Counted from the first letter of the stretch, positions 24,601 through 34,639 are shown. The stretch: DNA of 64,000 bases from Tubulanus polymorphus (GCF_964204645.1 NC_134035.1:5890001-5954000); one strand, 5' to 3'. Numbers and translations: made by a program. Notes: generated by a model from the letters alone, not told the origin.

Positions 24601-27600
24601 TTGATTTATACTCTTCTGAAGACCTCATCTACTCCCAAAAACATCAGATATTCTCGAAATCAGTATGATATCTAGTTCAATTTCAATCAATATACTATTT
24701 TTGATGTCAAATTAACCTCATTTTTCACGAAAACTACTACAATTAGAAATACCAGGTAGTCTGGTCTGGATTACTGCATGAAAACTATAAAGAAATAATC
24801 CGAAATAAGAAAGAAATATTGATTCGTAAAATATTTATTGGGTGTTTTAGATGAAGGTGATATAGAAGCAGAGATAAATGAAATCGACGAAAATAATGAG
24901 GAAGATGCCTGGTTGGCGAAGGCTAACGGCGAACCAGAGATCAACGCTATTAGCCAAGAGATGGCGCCACCCGAGGACGGGCAACTATCAGCGAAAGAAC
25001 GTCCAAAGAAAAAGAAACGTTCAGAAGCTGAGATTCTCGCGGGTATCGAAGTGAACATACCAGAAATAGACGTAATTCTTCAACAGCCGATCGAAGTTTG
25101 GGCTTCGACTGGCGACCATTTCATCAAACCTGAAGGTAAAGATTATGAAATCAAAAAACACATAATAGAAAATGATACAAACATAAGTTGTTACAAAATA
25201 CATGATTACAGCCGCGTTCACACGATGTTATTCACAAAGCTCTGAATTTAGTCCGTTCCGATGTAGAATGGACCAAGAGACGAGAAGATACACAATATCG
25301 GTGTAAGATGATAACGAGAGAAATCCCATCTACGCCTGATGATGGCTAATAGTCTTTAGCCGAAACATTGCGCAAATATATATACTCTTCTATGCAAGTT
25401 TCTCGTTTTGGCTGAATTTATTATGGGATTCCCCCGTTAGAATGGTCCTAGTGTTCACACTGTTCTAGATGAGAATTCAATTTAGAACGCACTGACTAGT
25501 GATAATGTGAACCCGCTACTAAACTCTACCTCTATCTATTCTTCCCCTACGGATAATTCTTACTGTTGTCATCATTTCGTTATGACCTCGATTCACGTTT
25601 CTAGAATTGATTTTTTTCTTCAGCGGCAGAAGGTCGTGTGGCGCAGAAAATGCAACAGAGGGAAGAACGCGCCCTCGTCTCGCAGGAACTGGAGAAAGAA
25701 AAACACATCCTACGCCAGATGCAAGGTATTAATTTCAGCATTGAGTTGTTTTTACGGTCCACTTGTACAACTTTCATGTTTGACAACGTGAAAGTCGTAC
25801 AATCTAAAAAAAAAGGAGTATTTGGTAGTAAGGATCGATTAGTGAATTAGTAGAGTGAGTAATGTTCAATATTTTGCAGGTCGTAGATTGGAAGAGAAAA
25901 ATCCCGGCGAGTACCACATGACTAACGATCCCGAACATCCGATCATCATCGAAGGCAGCTGGCAAGAGCCGTCGCATAGTGAACTGGAAAAACACGACGC
26001 AGTCCATCAACTTCAGGTATATATCTAAAATACGAAATAGTTTCTTTTAGAAAATTCAAATGAACCCTGATCCGCGTATTTTGCTGTAGTAGATCAGACG
26101 GATACATTTGTCTTCGATCTGTCGTTCATGCATTCAGTTATTTGTTCGTGTTATATTTTTTTAGACTCATTTGTCCGAAATGAAAGTAGTTCAAAACGAT
26201 ACGGAAAGCTTGAAGACGGTAAATGCTGCCGTGTCCAGGAGGCTTTACGGTCAACCAAAAATGGTTAGATATTATTTACCTATACAGGAATGTATGCAAA
26301 ATATTTAATCCGGATTTTTCATAAACAATGAATTGATTTCATCGTTCCAATATGATTTGAATTGAGCAGGTTCTACAGGAAAAAATGAATATCCCGAGTT
26401 GGGCTTGGTAGTAGAAGGGATTCATCCATTCACTATTCATCTGTGTTTTGTAGAAACGAGTTTTAGCGTATCCGAACGGAGAATCCATTCACAGAGCTGT
26501 CTACGTTTGGGGTGAATCATTCCAACAGATCGTCGATAACGCCACAATGAGGCTGAATCTCAAGAAATCGGTGAAGATTCTTTATGATGTCACTGGTCGA
26601 GTGGTAAGCGTCGCGCGGGGAAAAATAATGAATTTCAACGTTCTATGACTTTAAAAAATGGATTAAGGGACTAGTCCTAGCAGAGGTCCAGAAGCTGGTT
26701 CAGCGTATGATCCAGAGTTTAACTATATTCGAAAAACGAACTGCAGTAAAAGTCATTTATATCGCCACCGTTAGGACCATGGAAATCTTGGCATTATAAC
26801 GAATTTGGCGTTATAAAGAATGGTATTTCAATTGAATTTGAGTTGGATTGAGAAAGTTTGTTTTCTGCAAAAATATTGGTATTATTAGTGAGCACTGGCA
26901 TTAAAAAGGATTGTAGCATTATAACGGACTTTGACAGTACTTTCTACTGAATCTCACAACTCTGTAACTGGAGATCACTCAAGACATCTTCAGTTGATTT
27001 CAAATGATTAAATCAGGAAATTGTTCCCATTTTCAGTTGAAAACATTCGCGGATATAGAACGTGATATGATTGTCTGCGTGTCGACCGGTAAAGCATTTA
27101 TGAAAATACGCGATCAGAAAGATGAGATTGAAATAAAAGCGAACTGGTCCCGAGCTCGAAAACAATACGGTCCGAACGCGACGAACATTTCCGTCGCTCC
27201 ACATGATTTGCCAAATGTTGACGTAAGTTTCACCTGACCGCTGACCTTTCATTAACTAACAACTTGCAAAAATCTGATATTCTGAGGAATGTAGATATTA
27301 GGTTAACGAACAAAATATGATTCGATTTTGAAGAATGTAGATAGCCTGACCACCTTTAAGGCTTGCAACATGAAGACATAAGCCTTGAAGGAGAATAATG
27401 AAACTGGATTTATTGCTGAGCTTTCATTTGAGTTTACTAACAAAAACTTTTTGATTTGGTTCTGAAGAATATAGATAGCCTGTAACACAACCTTTAAGGC
27501 CTGCAACATGGAGACAAACCTTGCCCTCCCCCTGGTATTACATCCTCCCTTGGCAGGGATTTGAACCTGATGGCATCGCTACACTCAGCCACGGCACAAA

Positions 27601-28223
27601 ACCCCTGCCACACTAGACCGGGTTCGCAGGTATATGTGCAGCTTTGCCACACGAAAACTTGCGGCACCAATCAGATTGCTCGTTGTATAATCGCTGAGGT
27701 AAATTTGACGCAAGAACCATAAATGGGAAAACCTGGGCTAAAATGGAACGGGATATCTGATTGGCTAATAATGACATCATCTAAGCTTCGCACTCGGTCT
27801 AGTGTGGCAGGGTCTCGATGCCATCATGTTCGAATCCCTGCCGGGGGAGGATGCTGTTATTAAACAAACAGTAATTTTTCTTAGCCTAGAATCTATAAGA
27901 CTATCTCTATGGCTTTATAGCAAATTTATTCGCACTAATAAATGCAATTCTTATTCTAAATACTCAATTGTTTAAAGATTGATTTCTAAAGTATCTGAAT
28001 TATCTCTATAGCTATTATATACGCTCTGTGATAATTTTGATAATTGATAATTTGACATTTCATTATTTAGGTTGATCCATTCGGGCCGCCGGTTCTCGCC
28101 GGCTCCAGTGCCAACGATTCAACGAAAACGAGTAAACGTCCTCCACGACCGAAGACGGCTAAACGACCGCAGGCTCCACCGACCTCGACTGAAGACGATG
28201 TACAGTTCCTGAATGAGTTATAA
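427..28223 (+). CDS. DCDC1: Doublecortin domain-containing protein 1/5-like (several DCX domains plus ricin-B/QxW repeats); 36 coding exons, about 1950 aa
   Basis: Exons traced by hand with GT-AG sites and consistent phases; the total of 5853 nt is divisible by 3 and ends in TAA at 28221-28223. The peptides QPHVLKVTAYKNGTRDVF, AARRIYLESG, DVYISMGEKF, VTWTMNGLVLP and WMSKGEGFSPSGA closely resemble human DCDC1 as I recall it. QIW/QRW ricin-type motifs are present. An acceptor at 418-419 implies an untranslated upstream exon. Confidence 0.93.
588..625. repeat. (TAA)n microsatellite
   Basis: Directly after the exon-1 donor. Confidence 0.95.
2002..2136. mobile_element. Small MITE (CTGGGCCCAGTTTCAC TIR)
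   Basis: TIRs visible; partial copy at 30645-30748. Confidence 0.65.
2616..2935 (+). mobile_element. PIF/Harbinger-like MITE
   Basis: TIRs AGCCGCGATTACAC / GTGTGATCGCCGCT, TAA TSD; inverted homolog at 63282-63601. Confidence 0.8.
3899..4258. repeat. 40-bp minisatellite, 9 copies
   Basis: Unit catcgcactgcggtgtagatgcactgaaagggttaagaaa. Confidence 0.95.
4309..4614 (+). CDS. DCDC1: DCDC1-like exon 2
   Basis: tttcag|; HKVPVSPYAQKL..KKRPGSAPIGG; |gtaata. Confidence 0.85.
5074..5272 (+). CDS. DCDC1: DCDC1-like exon 3
   Basis: PQSAPNAY..VLKVTAYKNGTRDVFCKAAAPNIKL; |gtgagt. Confidence 0.92.
5452..5648. mobile_element. MITE of about 195 bp (GACCTGACT TIR)
   Basis: Homolog at about 24574-24768. Confidence 0.6.
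5762..6030 (+). CDS. DCDC1: DCDC1-like exon 4 (DCX domain)
   Basis: LLEMVTDKLGLPQAARRIYLESG..TWTMNGLVLP; |gtaaat. Confidence 0.93.
6663..6762 (+). CDS. DCDC1: DCDC1-like exon 5
   Basis: SSIEKKTVRIMVYKNGKATNG; |gtaaaa. Confidence 0.88.
6850..6897 (-). ncRNA. Hammerhead ribozyme motif, left arm of palindromic element 6815-6979
   Basis: RNA: UUUCU CUGAUGA uau GAAGUUU aguua AAACUUU GAAAC UGUC AGAAA; inverted truncated copy at 6903-6938. Confidence 0.6.
7061..7154 (+). CDS. DCDC1: DCDC1-like exon 6
   Basis: FLDLATCKLDMGSPAKMAYDWEG; |gtaagt. Confidence 0.88.
7401..7570 (+). CDS. DCDC1: DCDC1-like exon 7
   Basis: PMLDNCLQS..WMSKGEGFSPSGA; |gttagt. Confidence 0.92.
7866..7958 (+). CDS. DCDC1: DCDC1-like exon 8
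   Basis: LNYFHNEKHDK..EALDS; |gtaaga. Confidence 0.85.
8330..8506 (+). CDS. DCDC1: DCDC1-like exon 9
   Basis: AENDIDEFNAAIK..GVQGLKLK; |gtaaaa. Confidence 0.87.
8814..8915 (+). CDS. DCDC1: DCDC1-like exon 10
   Basis: VYQNGIDDNEVTVFFN..FER; |gtaagt. Confidence 0.87.
9263..9437 (+). CDS. DCDC1: DCDC1-like exon 11 (DCX-like)
   Basis: LLDQLSS..IRRIFTTSGKEI..IWVSYGENF; |gtaatt. Confidence 0.9.
10030..10078 (-). ncRNA. Minimal type-I hammerhead ribozyme motif, intact core
   Basis: RNA: UAUUC CUGAAGA U GAcuaUUAG aauauagg CUAAUC GAAAC GUC GAAUA. Confidence 0.7.
10157..10295 (+). CDS. DCDC1: DCDC1-like exon 12
   Basis: LSLQMTMDRV..IPGRD; |gtaagt. Confidence 0.85.
10937..11087 (+). CDS. DCDC1: DCDC1-like exon 13
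   Basis: PHSWQAVVGVP..HFLQCK; |gtaagt. Confidence 0.85.
11426..11533 (+). CDS. DCDC1: DCDC1-like exon 14
   Basis: DDPELLLYPEL..AQIWVITK; |gtacgt. Confidence 0.87.
11795..12881 (+). mobile_element. Non-autonomous Helitron/Helentron (DINE/HINE-like) element
   Basis: 5' (GTCC)n microsatellite after gctattgcgttcacttttc; three internal 154-bp repeats; short 3' hairpins; CTAG end followed by TT. Confidence 0.65.
13027..13209 (+). CDS. DCDC1: DCDC1-like exon 15 (ricin-B-like)
   Basis: AGYIYSKAMPQFVL..HQIWRFTGDGQLVAE; |gtatgt. Confidence 0.9.
13553..13570 (+). CDS. Candidate 18-nt microexon (NPNPDE)
   Basis: ctaat branch-like motif plus ctacag acceptor; GAG|gtaggc donor; phase 0-0 and frame-preserving. 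Confidence 0.5.
13634..14045 (+). mobile_element. hAT-like MITE family with CAGGGTGGCCACT termini
   Basis: TIRs AGGGTGGCCACT / AGTGGTGCCACCCTG; other copies near 4681-4851, 4967, 10312-10577, 17390, 18759, 20657 and 23038. Confidence 0.75.
14927..15078 (+). CDS. DCDC1: DCDC1-like exon 16
   Basis: SNPELVLTFLG..EQKYQ; |gtaact. Confidence 0.87.
15217..15340 (+). CDS. DCDC1: DCDC1-like exon 17
   Basis: WAIKQERFDNLGQWKHSRVKNPEWNKLAYSWPV; |gtaaac. Confidence 0.92.
15488..15575 (+). CDS. DCDC1: DCDC1-like exon 18
   Basis: NFDWPMEGYFIPNAPP; |gtaagt. Confidence 0.88.
15655..15740 (+). CDS. DCDC1: DCDC1-like exon 19
   Basis: IPMRLTVMKNGD..GPDLTN; |gtaagt. Confidence 0.88.
16086..16241 (+). CDS. DCDC1: DCDC1-like exon 20
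   Basis: MMKDMHK..LHQLEFML; |gtaagt. Confidence 0.87.
16659..16784. mobile_element. Palindromic MITE of about 120 bp (GGGCCAGTTGCTCAAAAGTT..)
   Basis: Long TIRs; copies near 8950-9115 and 15887-16015, and a tandem pair at 57857-58105. Confidence 0.75.
16925..17171 (+). CDS. DCDC1: DCDC1-like exon 21 (DCX domain)
   Basis: FLEHCTSMVGLPFAARRLFDEDG..VYVSCGEAW; |gtttgt. Confidence 0.93.
17675..17873 (+). CDS. DCDC1: DCDC1-like exon 22
   Basis: YVLEVEGG..coiled-coil-like; |gtacgt. Confidence 0.87.
18181..18342 (+). CDS. DCDC1: DCDC1-like exon 23
   Basis: SAHDRAHARSDE..LKWPWE; |gttcgt. Confidence 0.87.
18926..19123 (+). CDS. DCDC1: DCDC1-like exon 24
   Basis: QKFTYVDGFI..DDIHQRWLID; |gtacgt. 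Confidence 0.88.
19225..19370. mobile_element. Head-to-head pair of degenerate hammerhead-bearing Penelope-like termini (third copy at 8038-8140)
   Basis: Inferred consensus CCUGAUGAA GCUACUA cgcac UAGUAGC GAAAGCUUG, with core mutations in each copy; the downstream tail is shared with the 8038 copy. Confidence 0.55.
19585..19802 (+). CDS. DCDC1: DCDC1-like exon 25
   Basis: LIRAKHNSRFVMSV..GRANQKFYFNADTGMIHAF; |gtaggc. Confidence 0.9.
20158..20228 (+). CDS. DCDC1: DCDC1-like exon 26
   Basis: ITSANKANICTF..DQP; |gtaagt. Confidence 0.87.
20411..20558 (+). CDS. DCDC1: DCDC1-like exon 27
   Basis: GYRVEV..VCSSCARAMRG..FACAMG; |gtaaga. Confidence 0.88.
21146..21405 (+). CDS. DCDC1: DCDC1-like exon 28
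   Basis: GSFQCLNGKVDLS..VKILVYKNGEG; |gtatgt. Confidence 0.9.
21566..23060. repeat. 83-bp tandem repeat, 18 near-identical copies
   Basis: Unit aaagctgggtaatatttctacatcttctattgataattcatatacatgtataacaggggagccacttacctagaaactaaatt. Confidence 0.97.
23340..23550 (+). CDS. DCDC1: DCDC1-like exon 29 (DCX-like)
   Basis: LLQQATVSLQFRSAARRIYTESG; |gtgaga. Confidence 0.9.
24120..24227 (+). CDS. Candidate 108-nt cassette exon of the DCDC1-like gene
   Basis: gttcag acceptor, AAAG|gtatga donor, phase 1-1 matching the flanking exons, no stop (IDVDSNQTSTNSGPVEIRTLMEKVCFFNSNTNLLK). Confidence 0.5.
24851..25135 (+). CDS. DCDC1: DCDC1-like exon 30
   Basis: acidic linker then PIEVWASTGDHFIKP; |gtaaag. Confidence 0.88.
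25333..25372 (+). ncRNA. Hammerhead ribozyme-like motif
   Basis: CGC CUGAUGA U GGCUAA uagucu UUAGCC GAAAC AUU GCG. Confidence 0.6.
25624..25725 (+). CDS. DCDC1: DCDC1-like exon 31
   Basis: ELEKEKHILRQMQ; |gtatta. Confidence 0.88.
25880..26016 (+). CDS. DCDC1: DCDC1-like exon 32
   Basis: RRLEEKNPG..PIIIEGSWQEPS; |gtatat. Confidence 0.88.
26165..26263 (+). CDS. DCDC1: DCDC1-like exon 33
   Basis: THLSEMK..RLYGQPKM; |gttaga. Confidence 0.86.
26454..26603 (+). CDS. DCDC1: DCDC1-like exon 34 (DCX-like)
   Basis: KRVLAYPNGESIHRAVYVWG..LYDVTG; |gtaagc. Confidence 0.9.
27037..27222 (+). CDS. DCDC1: DCDC1-like exon 35
   Basis: DIERDMIVCVSTGKAF..KANWSRARKQYG; |gtaagt. Confidence 0.9.
28071..28223 (+). 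CDS. DCDC1: DCDC1-like terminal coding exon
   Basis: tttag|VDPFGPP..QFLNEL*; candidate AATAAA signals near 29760 and 30027. Confidence 0.85.
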   Translation, partial: VDPFGPPVLAGSSANDSTKTSKRPPRPKTAKRPQAPPTSTEDDVQFLNEL

Positions 28224-29576
28224 GACTTGTTGAATCATGCGAGGTGTTTTCATGAGGTGATGGTGATTTTGTTTGTCTCAGCATTTTGTGGCCATTTTCC
28301 AATCTAGTAAATCATAGACAGATAAATGATGTAACTATTTGATTTGATGGCGGGCTGTGGATTGTTCGGGCGAGGCCGTCTCCTGCTGACCAATGCTACG
28401 GTGGAAATTCTATGGTGAGGTCGGTTGATTTAATGAATCGTGCATTTGTTTGTACCGGATAAATCATCCTCATCTCATGAAAATACCTCTAAACTCGATC
28501 TCGAAAATGCAGGATTTTTGTAAACAACTATTTTATCTGATAAGAAATAATTGTGAGAGATTTTAACTGTTTTAGTTTTATGAAAATCTGAATATTTTTG
28601 TAAATAGAGTAAAATGTTTCCTTATTACATGAGCACACTTTGCCTTATGACAGATTAAGATCTCTGGAAGAATTGTTACAGAAATACATTTGATACATAC
28701 TTTTGGGCATTTGTTGATTTTTGTTGAAGTCATAACATTTAAATATCAGAAATTTATTGCTTTCTTCAAAAATCTAGATACATTTTCATATTAAAGTCTA
28801 AGCATATGAGTAACTTTGTTATGTGATGTAGGTAATTCAAGCTCACTAGTGTTCACTTTCCATAAATGGAATCAAGTTATTTTGGGATTGTCTTGATGTT
28901 TGGTTGATTCACCCTCGAACAAAAAATTGAGGCAATTTTTTGCCTATTGCTTATTTTCGTTACCTCTGAGATTACAATTCTAGAGCATAATGATATCAAA
29001 CCTTGCCATCTTTGCCGCGATTTATCACGGCACAAGAATGGTTTCCAGTTAGTGAAAGCAAACTAACTTTCTTCTGTTATTAAACATTTTAGATTTGTTT
29101 GTAATCATTCCATTTTAAAACGATATTTACTATGATTATGTTATTTTTCTCTAATTAGTCTAGTCTAGGAATTCTTTAGTTCTGCTGTAAACATTTTATG
29201 TGAAGTTTTCACCATTTATATAATCAAACATATCATAGCTTTTATTGCAAATGAGCGAAAAATTTGATTTTTTAGACGTATGTCCTAAATTTATAGTGAT
29301 TTTGTTTTATTCATTCAACCCTATAAAGTGTTGAATTTGTTCCGTCCCGTTTAAACTATTTGTACCGAAAGGTTTTATGGGCATCCATTTTAGGTAACCT
29401 GACAATCTCCATGAAGTGATTATTGTGAAACTAGGCCTCTAGGGTTTGGGAAAGTACCGATCTATGAAATCAAGCCATGAATTTTTTTCAGTCGCTAAGT
29501 TGTTTTTCTCGAATCTTCGGTACTCACGAATTGGCTGTTCTACGAAATGTCGAAAAATTCCGGTAGCAATGACTTA

Positions 29577-29740
29577 GGGATCATTCATTTATTACGTATG
29601 CATAAAATTTGAAATTTCCAACCCCCCTACCCCTCTGTACGCAAAATCGGCCATTTTTTCATATACATTAAGCATTACAGTACGCAATTGCACTGACCCC
29701 TCCCCCTCCCCTAATGCGTACGTAATAAATGAATGACCCC
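29577..29740. mobile_element. MITE with TTA TSD (Harbinger-like), possibly within the DCDC1 3' UTR
   Basis: TIRs GGGATCATTCATTTATTACGTA / TACGTAATAAATGAATGACCCC; short relative at about 46388-46460. Confidence 0.8.
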
Positions 29741-30261
29741 TTAGTCCATCATTGAGGCAAATAAAGAGTTTACTACAAACAATGTTGAATTATGTAAAAA
29801 GAAAACTTATTGAATATATATATATTCATTTATCAGATGGTAATTAATATATTCTCTCTTTAATATATTTTAAATATAGTTATGTATTGCGATAATTTGC
29901 ATAGAAACAAAAGTAATGTTGTTGTTGTTTGCCGCCCATGAATTATGGGGTGTTTAAGCAAAATATTTTGATATTTTTGTCATGTCGTCAATTAATTCTT
30001 CAATCGATTTATAGAAATTTTTGGACAATAAAAATGTGTATATTTGAATATCGTGATTAGAGTTTATGATATACATAATTCGGACTCGCAGTCATTTCTC
30101 CGCAAAACAATTCATCAGTTTAGAAATTAAGAGTTAAGAAGTGTGAATAAGGACATTTCTATTTCACTGGGGCCCACCGGTCAGAACGGTATCTCTTACT
30201 GTGGCATGCGAGCTCTATGGCAGGCACAACCAAGATGGCGGTGTATTCAAACGTAGACTTA

Positions 30262-30635
30262 AGGCCGGACACACTGGGCGATTTCGTCGCCAGACGAAAT
30301 CGCCCAGTGTGTCCGGGCAATCGCCTTCGGCGATTTAGTCGGCCGACGAAATCGCCCGAATGCAACATGTTGGATTCTGTCGCCGGCGATTTCGTCACCG
30401 GCGACAGAATCGCCCAGTGTGTCCGGGTACGGCGATCAGTCGCCTCGAGCGCCGTATTAACCAGCCAATCACGGCTCTTTGATTTATTAAAGGTGGCGCT
30501 AAGCAGCTGGTCATTTCAAAATAAGCGGCGCTGTTCGCTGATTTCGTCGTCGACGAAATCGCCCAGTGTGTCCGGGTCTGTCGGCGATCAAATCGGTCAT
30601 AAAATCGGCGGCGAAATCGCCCAGTGTGTCCGGGC
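30262..30635. mobile_element. GC-rich Harbinger-like MITE with subterminal repeats
   Basis: TIRs GGCCGGACACACTGGGCGATTTCG / CGAAATCGCCCAGTGTGTCCGGGC; the motif recurs internally. Confidence 0.8.
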
Positions 30636-33600
30636 AGAAAGAAAAAACGGTTAAAAAGTTTGAATTGTTGGCCTCATTGAAAACATGAAATAACCAGAAG
30701 CAATTACACCAAAAAGTTGGTTAGACATTTTTGTGAAACTGGGCTCTGGAAATGAATTTTTTCAATGACCTTTGCAAAACCCAATTAATCAGTTTTTACA
30801 AGAAATATCCGTCCCTATACAATACACTTAAGTCTTCGTCACCCCGCCGACTGTACCAGATCTTGACTGTTAGGTGCTGCCCCTATACATAACATTAGCA
30901 GGAAAAATGTGAACTAACTACATGTGGCAATATTCCGACTGTGGCATGCGAGTAGTTGATTACCCCGCATAATCCGTAAATCTAAAGGCGCATTATGCGC
31001 CTCTAGAGAGTTTCAGATTAAAAAAATTACCTAAAACACCATCAAAAAGAAAAGAGACCAGGAGGACCATTTATTCTGTTGGAAGGCAAACGTATGTTTC
31101 AGAGTAGAATAGCAGAAAATATAGATTCAGTTTTTAGATTGCAGTTCGAGCCTACAGTTATCATTTCTCACGCTCTCTAAAGCTCCGGTCCTGGGACACG
31201 TAACACAAGGGAGAAAACCCTTCGAAAAACTACAGCAATTCTGGATAATAAACAACCAAAACACAAAACTGAATTTTCTACGAATTCTAAAAAAAGTAAA
31301 ATATTTATTAAATCTTTCTACATAGAAAATATACAGAGTGTAACACAATTTTTTAGGTCCTCTTGTAATAGCAGCGGTATGTATGTAGAGATTTAACCTA
31401 TATACCATAGAGTAAGGATTAAAGATTGATTTTCCATTGTGAATGGTCACTTGAATGCTACGGGTGTCCTATGGTATATTACAGCTGTCCACGATAGCAG
31501 TCGACGGTCTTGAAGGGGTATCACACATGTAGGCCTATTCCGACCCATTCGCGTAAGTTGTTTACTTATTTTACTTGTAAATCATTATTACCGTTTGATA
31601 ATCTTTGGGCTATTCATATATTTGTTAATAAACTACAGAATCAAATTTTCCTAGTAGTGAGGCCTAATTCGTTTCGCCATTAGAAAACGTCCTATAACCT
31701 TTTGTCATATAGAAATAAATAGTTGAATTATCAACGGTAAAACAGTTGAGTTTCCTATCCGGATTGTCGGGCCGCCATAGTCCAATGAAAAATATATATT
31801 CTCTCTATTTGAACTGAAACAATACAAAAATACATAGACTTGATATCGATTACGTATGTGAAGTGGGCCGTAGAAAAGACACTCATACACAAAACATGAT
31901 TATAGGGAAAAGTAAGAATCCGAGGGGTTTATTTCGGTATTTCAGAATAACGTGCATACCCTTAAAACTTGACAGATAGGTTCTATCGTTTACTGGCTTA
32001 ATCACGATTAGGGTATTACAACATAGCTACGTAGCTAGGCGCGCTATCCTATCTAGAAAACATTCGTAAACGATGTCCACCGTTCATCGAGATTCCCTCG
32101 AACCGGAATCTTGAATGAAGCGGAATTCTCGTTTAAAACAGATGTATATGTAATGCACCGAATTCGAAATGCATACAATATTCTCATAGTTAACTCGAGT
32201 TAGATTATATTCTATAAGCTGCTTTAGTACTGGACGGAACTACACAACGGACCAGAAACCGGTTGGTCCTCGGTAAAGATTGCGACGCACGCAACATGTC
32301 TATTCTTATCAGCTGCTTTGAGTGGCCGGACGGAATGAGTATACATGTACACACGTATATGACTTTATTTAGCGGATAGTCTTCAGTTTTTAAGCGCACG
32401 TCACATATTGTGTGCCGCTGCTATCTGTTCTCTACAGATTTGTGTTTTTCGAGCCATTTTCTTAGTCGTTGCGACGGATGTGACGTGCCCTGTAACTGAT
32501 GGTCGACGGGCGCCAGAACTTGTACAGTGCTATTTAAACTCCTAGTTTTGACAGGTATCTGGTGAACTCCCTCTGTTTTTGTATGAGTTCCTCTTTTAGT
32601 AATTTGTACTCTTCTATTGAATATTGTTTCTTGTGACGCCTGGCAGATGATTGCTGAAATTTCGAAAAGAAAAATTACGGATTATGTATTTCAAAGAATA
32701 TCAAATAATATTTGAATTTAAGTCGCATTCGATATCTGCTGATCCGTTTACACAAAAAAAGAAGATATTTCTCAAACAAATTGACAATACAGCAGGTTGG
32801 CGCAATTTTGTCGCAAAAAAAATTGAAACGGCAATCAAAAAAACCGAATTACTTTTTAAAAAGCCAAGCAAACACGATCGCCATCTATTGGAATATTCAT
32901 AGTTTCCCATATTAAGACGTTTAAGGGTTAAACAAACATTTTTTGCCCGTTGGCTTTATTAGATAAACGGCAAACCTAGTAATAGTATTAATCAAAAACT
33001 ACTTCATCACATTAATATACCATATCATCATCGGTCATAAAATTGACAAAAGAAAAACAAGTACAAAGATAATGTAAACGGTCGTTAGACACGCGAGAGA
33101 CATCGTCACCTGAGGGAAATAAGACCGGCAGAGTTAACAGCGGGCAAAATCGGCGTATTTCCTGCGGAAACAAAAAATTATGTAAATTCTACCGACCATA
33201 CGTCTGACTTCGATTCCGACTTCAGAATCGAACCCCCTATTTCGTTCCTGTGTGACTTGTGGGAACCACATCGAGAGATTAAGAAAATGTGTCAACGGAT
33301 TTCAGAAGGTCCGTGGATCAGAGGGAAGGCGGACTGGGAGGGTAGACGCTTAAAGAGTTTGACATAAAACGAATATAGATGAGTTGCAGATTTTGAGAGG
33401 TGAATTTCGTTTCTAAATAAAGAGAAATCTAACGATAAACGAGAAAAGAGCGCATGCATAAACTATAGATAAATCAATTTTGTAACCTTCTCATCGAAAA
33501 GAAAGATCATTCATCGATGGTTTCAATAAACTGATTAGAACTGTTACAGGTTTAGAGTAGAACTGTAGCTGGATATAGGTTTAAAGTAGAACTGTTGCTG

Positions 33601-34639
33601 GATACAGGTTTAAAGTATAGCCGGTGAAGTTAAAAATTTTAAAGTGTTACTGCTACTTCTAAACGTTTTAGAATAAGATTTTGCGGTTAGATTCGGTTAG
33701 AAAAGTGTTCGACGCTATAGGCGACATTTCATTACGTGTGTTGGTGGCTGGAGCGTGCTCAGAGATGTCACGCCTCTGACAGGACAACCTCGCTTGCCAG
33801 GGAAACTTACAGAATCATCGTTATATTGAGAAAGACTTTTCCAATCAGACCTTTTTCAGTCCCACGACGGCTTCGGCTGGGTTAAAACTTGACTCAAGAC
33901 ATGAACTATCAACTCAAGACATGAAGACATCAACTGAAGAGCTGACTCTAAACTCACAGCTGTGGAACTGAGGTTTAAACAGAATAGTAAAGGTGCTTTG
34001 ATTTTGTGTTATTTTAGAAATATTTATCATAAATTTTCTTTCCAAGCTTGTATCATCGCTGGAATTGCGAAAATTTCAAAAATATCACCAGGGGGAGCTG
34101 GTTTTATAGAGAGGTTAGCTTTAACCTGATGCTATACGGATTAGATCTAACTTAAGACAGTTAAACTTCAGGTTCAAGTTAAATCTAATCTGCAAGTCGA
34201 CCGCTAAATTAGCGTACAGTATCTCCAGTAAAGTTTCGAGTTATCCCTGGCAAGTGGGTTTCGATGAACGACCTCTGATAAGCGATAACCGGATTGGTCG
34301 TACCTTTCTGAGACTAACATTGTGCTTCCTGGTCCCGGCGTGTGCTGATGAAGGTTTTAAGTTGTTGATGAAGTTGCGTGCGCATCTGTCTTCGTCTGTA
34401 ACAATTGAACGCTTATGACACAAGAGGTGGCTGATATCGGTTTTAAAATCTTTTTTTGGATATGAAGTTTTTTTTTCAATTTTATGCCCTATGCGTTTTA
34501 GTTTTTTTTTATACGTCATTTCTTTTGATCCTTCGGTTACTGCGTCTTGTTACCGTTAGTGCGTCCAAAACCTCTCAGTTTTCAATAAGAAGTTTATTTT
34601 AAAAGAACAACCACCAAAGAATATAGAAGACCCAAGAAC

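Noticed and set aside
30217-30654. 145-aa ORF
   Set aside because: Lies within a GC-rich MITE with internal repeats; no protein signature.
32651-32902. ORF with KIETAIKK, faintly like a LINE pre-RT region
   Set aside because: Similarity too weak to call without a search.
33089-33367. 92-codon open frame on + following an AG
   Set aside because: No polypyrimidine tract, no recognisable motif and no partner exons.
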